NCBI GenBank assembly: GCA_965240325.2
Contig: OZ251223.1
Span: forward strand, 4,464,001 to 4,528,000
Direction: 5' to 3'
Origin: Rebecca billardiae RCC1528
Taxonomy: Eukaryota > Protista > Haptophyta
DNA length: 64,000 nucleotides
Shown here: one piece after another, positions 58,428 through 64,000 of the stretch
How positions within the stretch are numbered: position 1 is the first letter of the stretch
Layout of the letters: each line of letters opens with the position of its first letter
Notes under the pieces: model-generated
What the model was told of the DNA's origin: nothing
The model's database searches: none
Seen by the model: the letters and a program-made list of their open reading frames with translations, nothing else
Made by a program: the position numbers and the translations under genes

Positions 58428-58476
58428 GCGGGGGCCTGGCGGCCTTGTCCCGGTGGGGCTGGTCGAACACAGCGCG
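58428..58476 (+). repeat. 49-bp direct repeat, copy 2
   Basis: Matches 56982-57030. Confidence 0.9.
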
Positions 58477-58631
58477 TGTAGGACGCGACGGAGAAGCTGG
58501 TTAGGGCCGGCAGACCCGACGACGATGGGACGAGTTGGCCGTTCAGCGCTGACTATAACGGTATCATCCGGTGGCGCGCCGCAGGCGCGCGCGCGCGGCG
58601 CCACAGCACGGTACCGCACCGCCACCGCGGT

Positions 58632-59873
58632 TCATTGCACGCAGCCCACCGAGGCGCACGGCGAGGCGCGCGTCGATGCAGTCGTCGCTGCGCACGGCCG
58701 CTCGGGCACGACGGCGCGGCAACGGCACGCACAGCGGATGGCCCACCGGTCTCGGGTCTGCACGGGTGCGGGGCGAGCCGGCACGACGTGGTACGAGCGG
58801 CTCGCGTCGGTGTACATGTTGTGCAGCTCGCGCCGGCGCACGCGCACCTCCTCGTACCGCGGCTCGAGCGGCGGCGGCTGCGCGTCGTCGGACGGCGGCG
58901 GCGGCGCGCGCGGCGCGGGCGGCCGCTCGGCGAGCAGATGGATGTGCGGCAACGCGTCGAGGTCGGCGAGGCCCGCGGGGGTTATGACGAGCCAGTGCGA
59001 GTCGGGCAGGTCGGCGAGCGGCACGCTGCGCGTGTACGCGATCGTCGGGTCGCGAATGCCGCACGCGCCGCACACGTGCATCGTGACCGCGCCGTCCGCG
59101 CGCGCGAACGCCCCCGTGACGCGCGCCACGTCCGCGTCGGTGAGCTCGGCGCACGCGCGAATGTCCGCCTTGACCTCCACGACCGTGGCGGCGTGATCCG
59201 GCGCGTCGGGCGGGCGCGCGGCGAGGCGCATGCTGTTCGCCACGCGGAAGCCGCCCGTCGACGCGTGGTAGTCGTGCAGCAGCTGCAGCTCTGGCCGGCG
59301 CGTGGGGTTGCCCGCGCGTCGTGCGCGTTGCTGCCGCCGCGCGCCGTGTTGGCGCGCGACCGCGTCGGTCGCGGCGGGGTCGCGCGCCACGCGCGGGGCG
59401 GCTCGTTGCGCGCGGCGTGTGTCGCGACGCTCCGCGTTGCGCGCCTCGTCCACGTCGTTCAGCGTGCTCGCCAGCCGCGCGCGCAGCTGCGCGAGGCACG
59501 CGTCGAGCGCCGCCGGCGTCTCGCAGCTTGGGTGCGAGGCTGCGGGCGCGCGCGCGCCCGAACGCGTGGCGTCGTGCGGCTGCACGGCGAGACGCGCCAG
59601 CTCGACAAACGGCTCGTCGCGCAGTTCGGACGCGCGCAGCCCGGCGACGCGCTCGTCCCAGCGCGCGACGTGTTTGGACAGCGCGTCCGAAATGCGCGCG
59701 CCGCCCGCGTCGCCCACGCCGCGGTACCGGCGGATGAGAATGGCCAGGGCTGCACGCACGTTGGCGAACTGCGCGCACGCCGCCGCGCTCCGCTTCCTCA
59801 TCTGCACGACACACGCCGCGTACAGCACGAACAAATCGATCTCGTGCACGACATCGCCAGCCGACGCGGCCAT
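58632..59873 (-). pseudogene. Truncated N-terminal (Zn-finger) fragment of a Helitron-like RepHel protein
   Basis: 'LLHDYHASTGGFRVA', 'HVCGACGIRD', 'VPLADL', 'RSYHVVP' resemble, from memory, the CxxCG...YHLHP region upstream of Helitron Rep domains; no Rep or helicase motifs follow. Confidence 0.45.
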
Positions 59874-60314
59874 GTCGAGCACGGTCAAGACAACCCCTCG
59901 GCGCTTCTCGAGGCGGGAGTTTGGGGAAGGGCGTAAGGCGGTACCGGGTAAGGGGGTACCGGTAAGATCGCCACCAGATTTGTGGGAATCGCAACGACAT
60001 CCCTATAGCGCGCGCTCAAAAAGGTAACGACATGCGTTCTCGATTCCCGAGGCGTGCCTAATAAAAAAACGTTTGAGGCCCCATTGTTCGTATTCCTACT
60101 CCGGTATTACTTTGGACAGCAGTAGGTGACACCCAATTAAAGGGGGTCGGAGCTGGGTCTCCCAGGGCTTTGTCACGAATTAAAATTGTTTAAAGCTGTG
60201 TTCACCAGAATAGAATATGAGCAGCTCAAGGCCGCGCTCAAGCCATTCGATCGCGGTTCAGGCTATGCTCTGCCACCAGCGCCGACTTCGTGTCGACGAT
60301 CGGGCACTGCCGAC

Positions 60315-61543
60315 GACGAATCAGGAGACCTGCGCCGTCCTACCTGTGTCGTTAAATCATAGAATGAGTCAAGGGTGCCCGCGCCCCAGTGGCGCGCTCG
60401 GCGGATGTTGGGATACACCTTTTTGCCCGGCGCCCTGCGGCGGCGGCGGCGATGGCGTGCTCCGCTGGCGGGGCGAGCGCACGGGGCACGGCGCTGCGGG
60501 CGCGGATGTGCCCGCGAAGCCGGCGCGTGCGGACGGGCTGTTGCGGGAGAGTATCGGGCGCCCTCCTGCGACGCGCGACTTGCGCCACGCCTCTTTCGCC
60601 TCGGCTCAGAGCAGCGCGCACGCACGCGCCGCCTCAAGGCCAGCCTTGCCGCGCCGCAGCCGACCGCGCGCGCGCCGTGCGCGGCGTGGTCGGGAAGGAA
60701 CGGGCGCTGCTGCCGGGCGAGATGGCGACGTCATGGGCGCACGCCATGCCGCCCCGCGGCGCCGCGAAAGAGCACGAGAACGGATCCGCACAGCTGTTGA
60801 CGAGTGCTGATCTCTTGCCGTGCCTGAAGCCAGACCTGAGCTCGAAGAAGATGATGAAAGAGCATCAGCGCGAGGAAAGCGTCGCACCCAGCACTTCTAC
60901 ATGACCACGCGGTGATGAACATTCATGTAAGAGTAGCCCGCGTGCCCGTCTGGCACTGTTCTGTGTCTCAATGATCGTCCCGACAACGGTCACGACCGCG
61001 AGGCAGTGCACACCATTTGTGACAAGTCGAAAAGGCGTGCAAACGGACCGACGACACTCTCGTCAAGGCGTGGCGGGGCGGCATGGCGTGCGCCTATGAC
61101 GTCGCCATCTCGCCCGGCAGCAGCGCCCGTTCCTTCCCGACCACGCCGCGCACGGCGCGCGCGCGGTCGGCTGCGGCGCGGCAAGGCTGGCCTTGAGGCG
61201 GCGCGTGCGTGCGCGCTGCTCTGAGCCGAGGCGAAAGAGGCGTGGCGCAAGTCGCGCGGCGCAGGAGGGCGCCAGATGCTCTCCCGCAACAGCCCGTCCG
61301 CACGCGCCGGCTTCGCGGGCACATCCGCGCCCGCAGCGCCGTGCCCCGTGCGCTCGCCCCGCCAGCGGAGCACGCCATCGCCGCCGCCGCCGCAGGGCCG
61401 CGGGCAAAAAGGTGTATCCCAACATCCGCCGAGCGCGCCACTGGGGCGCGGGCACCCTTGACTCATATCTCCCTTGCCCGATGTCTGGACCAATTCTATG
61501 ATTTAAAGACACAGGCACGAGGGCGCAGCTCTCCTGATTCGTC
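60315..61543. repeat. Second foldback palindrome: ~395-bp inner arms at 60364-60757 and 61073-61466, plus ~50-bp diverged outer arms; ~315-bp spacer
   Basis: Mirror ORFs in the track (60217..60810+ vs 60990..61493-); outer motif gacgaatcaggag...gtcgttaaatcatagaat / attctatgatttaaagac...ctcctgattcgtc. Confidence 0.9.
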
Positions 61544-61835
61544 TGTACCATAGTGGTACTGGTCGAAGCTTGCAGCAGTTGCAGTGGTGTGAGCGCGTTG
61601 ATGTTGGTCCCCATGGCGGATGTCGTTGTTGTCGTCGTCCGGACGTCGTCAGGCCCACCAGGAAGTGCATGGGTACGAAATCAAAGGCGAGTGAGCATGT
61701 TGGCGTCGGCCAGGCCGTCCCCTACTTGGTCAGCAGCTGGTGCGGATGATGTCGTCGCCTACTTGGTCAGTGGCAGGTCATGGTGGACGATGGTGTAGCC
61801 TGTTCTTGGTCAGCAGCTGGTGGATGATGTTGTGG

Positions 61836-62110
61836 CCGAAGTTAGTAGTAGTTGGACTTGCCTGAGTTAGTAGTAGTTGGACTCGCCGAAGTTAGTGGTA
61901 GTTGGACTCTCCGAAGTTAGTAGTAGTTATTGGACTCGCCGAAGTTAATAGTAGTTGGACTCGCCGAGGTTAGTAGTAGTTGTTGGACTCGCCGAGGTTA
62001 GTAGAGTTGGACTCGCCGCAGTTAGTAGTAGTTGGACTCGCCTGAGTTAGTAGTAGTTGGGCTCGCCGAAGTTAGTAGTAGTTGGACTCGCCGAAGTTAG
62101 TAGTAGTTGA
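61836..62110 (+). repeat. 25-bp minisatellite (GCCGAAGTTAGTAGTAGTTGGACTC)n, array 1 (~11 units)
   Basis: Read directly from the sequence. Confidence 0.93.
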
Positions 62111-62157
62111 CCTGTTGCACGGGTGAGTGACCGTAGGGCGGTGAAAATGAAAAATAC

Positions 62158-62298
62158 GGTTTTGCAACTAGCGCTGGGCGATGGCGGCCGGGCGCGACGA
62201 ACCGAGCGGATTGGTGCACGGGGAATCCAATTCCCCGTGCACCAATCCAATCCGTTCGTCGCCAGGTGGTGCCGTTGCCGAGATCGAGCTGCAAAACC
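62158..62298 (+). other. ~140-nt imperfect hairpin with a perfect 19-bp apical stem (62208-62248)
   Basis: GGATTGGTGCACGGGGAAT-CCA-ATTCCCCGTGCACCAATCC, extended by GCGACGAAC/GTTCGTCGC, GGCGATGGC/GCCGTTGCC (G.U pairs) and GGTTTTGCA/TGCAAAACC. Confidence 0.8.
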
Positions 62299-62951
62299 CT
62301 CAGCAGGTGGTCAAGAGAAGCCAAACGGGGAGGGCTGTCACAACGCGCGCGCCGCGGTGGGAAGAGAGAAGGACTTGCCTCCCAACTGCAGCTTTGGCAG
62401 CGTTCCCTCTTGCGGCAGTGGAAGCCGACGACGAGGAGGATGACGACGCAACTGCTGACGACTGCTGCGAAGCAGCAGCGGTGACACTCTGCGGTGCACA
62501 GCTGCCACCGCGCGCGCCGCGCGACCGCGGACTCGGGTCGGATGGCGACAGCAGCACCGAGCAGTCCTCATGAAGACGATGAAGCTGCGTGCACGGGTTC
62601 GCGAGGTGGCAGGCGAAGCGCGCCGACGACACAGCACTTGACACGCCTGAGCGCACGCCCATGCTCGCTGAGCGCGAGCGCTGCAAGTGCAACTACAGTG
62701 CGCGCCGCGCTGCAAGTGGATGCAGGCTGTACTGCGGCGCTGCGTCCGCGGTCATCGTCTCTTCACTACTTGTCGACTGCTGCTGCGGCGGGCCGGGGGC
62801 ACTACCCGGCACGCGCGGCGTAGCGCGCTAAACGGAAGGTGATGGTAGACGCACTGTCACGCTCCCGCCGCCGCCGCCGCCGCCGGCAAGACTATCGGCA
62901 CTCTAGGCCGCAGAAGTGTCGTTTTTTCGGCGCTCACGCTTGCAACGGGTC

Positions 62952-63120
62952 AGTTGGACTCTCCGAAGTTAGTAGTAGTTATTTAGGACTCGCCGAAGTT
63001 AATAGTAGTTGGACTCGCCGAGGTTAGTAGTAGTTGGACTCGCCGAGGTTAGTAGTAGTTGGACTCGCCGAAGTTAGTAGTAGTTGGACTCGCCGAAGTT
63101 AGTAGTAGTTGGTCTCGCCG
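62952..63120 (+). repeat. 25-bp minisatellite, array 2 (~6-7 units)
   Basis: Same unit as array 1. Confidence 0.93.
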
Positions 63121-63294
63121 TCGGGGACTGGTTCCGGTACTTGTGGGGGATGGCCGCGTCTCTGCTGGGCCTGGTGGTGTTGAGCTCGTCCTCCTCCTCC
63201 CCCCCCCCCCCCCCCCCCGGCGCTTGGGCAGTTCCCCCACCCTCCCCAGCAGGGGCCTCTGGCCAGCCTGAGTTCTGCCTGCGGGCCAGTGGCC

Positions 63295-63999
63295 TCAGTG
63301 GGCCTGACCTGGCAGTGCCCTTGGGACTGTGGTCCTGTAATGGCCTCTCCAGTGAGAGATGACCCTGGTCTGTCCGAGTGCGCCCGCTGCCAGCCTGGTG
63401 GCCACTTGGGGCCAGGGTAGCACCTCAATGTGCAGCGGGTCATGCCGGTTGTACTGGGGGGAGCCTGGGCTGTGGAAGACCTGGACCATACGAAGAGGGG
63501 CGCCGGTGTGAGGGTCTCTGGTGACCAGGACGACTGTGGTGTTCGCCCCTGCTGCCACACAGGGGAGGAGTGCATCTGCCAACGGGGTGCCAGCCTCTCG
63601 AACCGTGCCCAGGGTGGCAGCCGCTGCTGCTGCCCTCTGTGCGCTCCCGTCGGGCTCGAGGTGGGCCGGCTGGGGGGCCACTGCGGCCGCCAGGACCCCC
63701 TGGTGCTGCGCGCTCAGGGACAGGGCGTGCTGTACGGTGGCTTGCCTCAGTGCCTGGGCGCTCCTGGTTGCCCCTGCTGGGTCTTCACGGGCCCCTGCTC
63801 GGGTGACGCCCAGTACCGCAAGGAACCCGCAGTTGGCACCAGTGCCATCGACGTCAGCATCCTGCAGTTCAGCTGCTGCAAAGTAGGCATTGAGGGCCTG
63901 TTGGCCAGGTTCCTGCTGGGCCAGTGGTTGGTTGTAAGCCCCTTGGTTTTTTTTTTTCCCCTTTATAACGGGCTCCGGGTGATCAGGCTGGCGGCCGAA
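63295..63999 (-). CDS. OTU-like cysteine protease domain ORF, 5'-partial (open to the window edge), probably TE-borne
   Basis: Manual translation: 'LQDADVDGTGANCGFLAVLG...AQALRQATVQHAL...ALLPCVA....TVVLV...VISHWRGHYRTT*', matching OTU D-G-x-x-x-N-C, LR-helix and G-H-Y motifs; composition differs from host genes. Confidence 0.6.
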   Translation of the reverse strand, partial: FGRQPDHPEPVIKGKKKNQGAYNQPLAQQEPGQQALNAYFAAAELQDADVDGTGANCGFLAVLGVTRAGAREDPAGATRSAQALRQATVQHALSLSAQHQGVLAAAVAPQPAHLEPDGSAQRAAAAAATLGTVREAGTPLADALLPCVAAGANTTVVLVTRDPHTGAPLRMVQVFHSPGSPQYNRHDPLHIEVLPWPQVATRLAAGALGQTRVISHWRGHYRTTVPRALPGQAH

Positions 64000-64000
64000 G

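Noticed and set aside
61836-63120. 25-bp repeats as a CRISPR array
   Set aside because: Units are directly adjacent with no unique spacers; eukaryotic context and no cas genes.

Overview
Eukaryotic nuclear DNA of very high GC content, with short GC-rich GT(GCG)...CAG introns, many of them in-frame and stop-free. The style suggests a GC-rich alga such as a pavlovophyte haptophyte; this is inference only. About 16 host genes can be modelled: a tandem cNMP-binding protein, an Ala/Arg/Trp-rich helical protein, ArfGAP-C2, a small Cys-rich protein, a PHO80/U-type cyclin, NOM1/Sgd1, a signal-peptide beta-strand-rich protein, an importin-5-like karyopherin, selenoprotein T (in-frame UGA plus a clear SECIS), an SDR, an Arf GTPase carrying a signal peptide, an SLC43-like MFS transporter, a cGMP-dependent kinase, an F-box protein, a multi-KH protein, and a multi-TM/TIR/TM/C-type-lectin receptor-like protein. 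Mobile DNA is interleaved with these genes: a P-like MITE, two large foldback palindromes that share an outer end, a 3 x 2127-bp head-to-tail array of a Helentron-like element carrying a Ulp1/C48 protease (plus a diverged inverted copy), a 2-kb TIR element, a Helitron N-terminal fragment, 25-bp minisatellites around a long hairpin, and an OTU-like protease ORF. The most interesting candidates are the TIR-C-type-lectin receptor, the signal-peptide Arf, and the rolling-circle-like element system with a recurrent GTCGTTAAAT junction motif. All calls come from reading motifs by eye; no searches were run.
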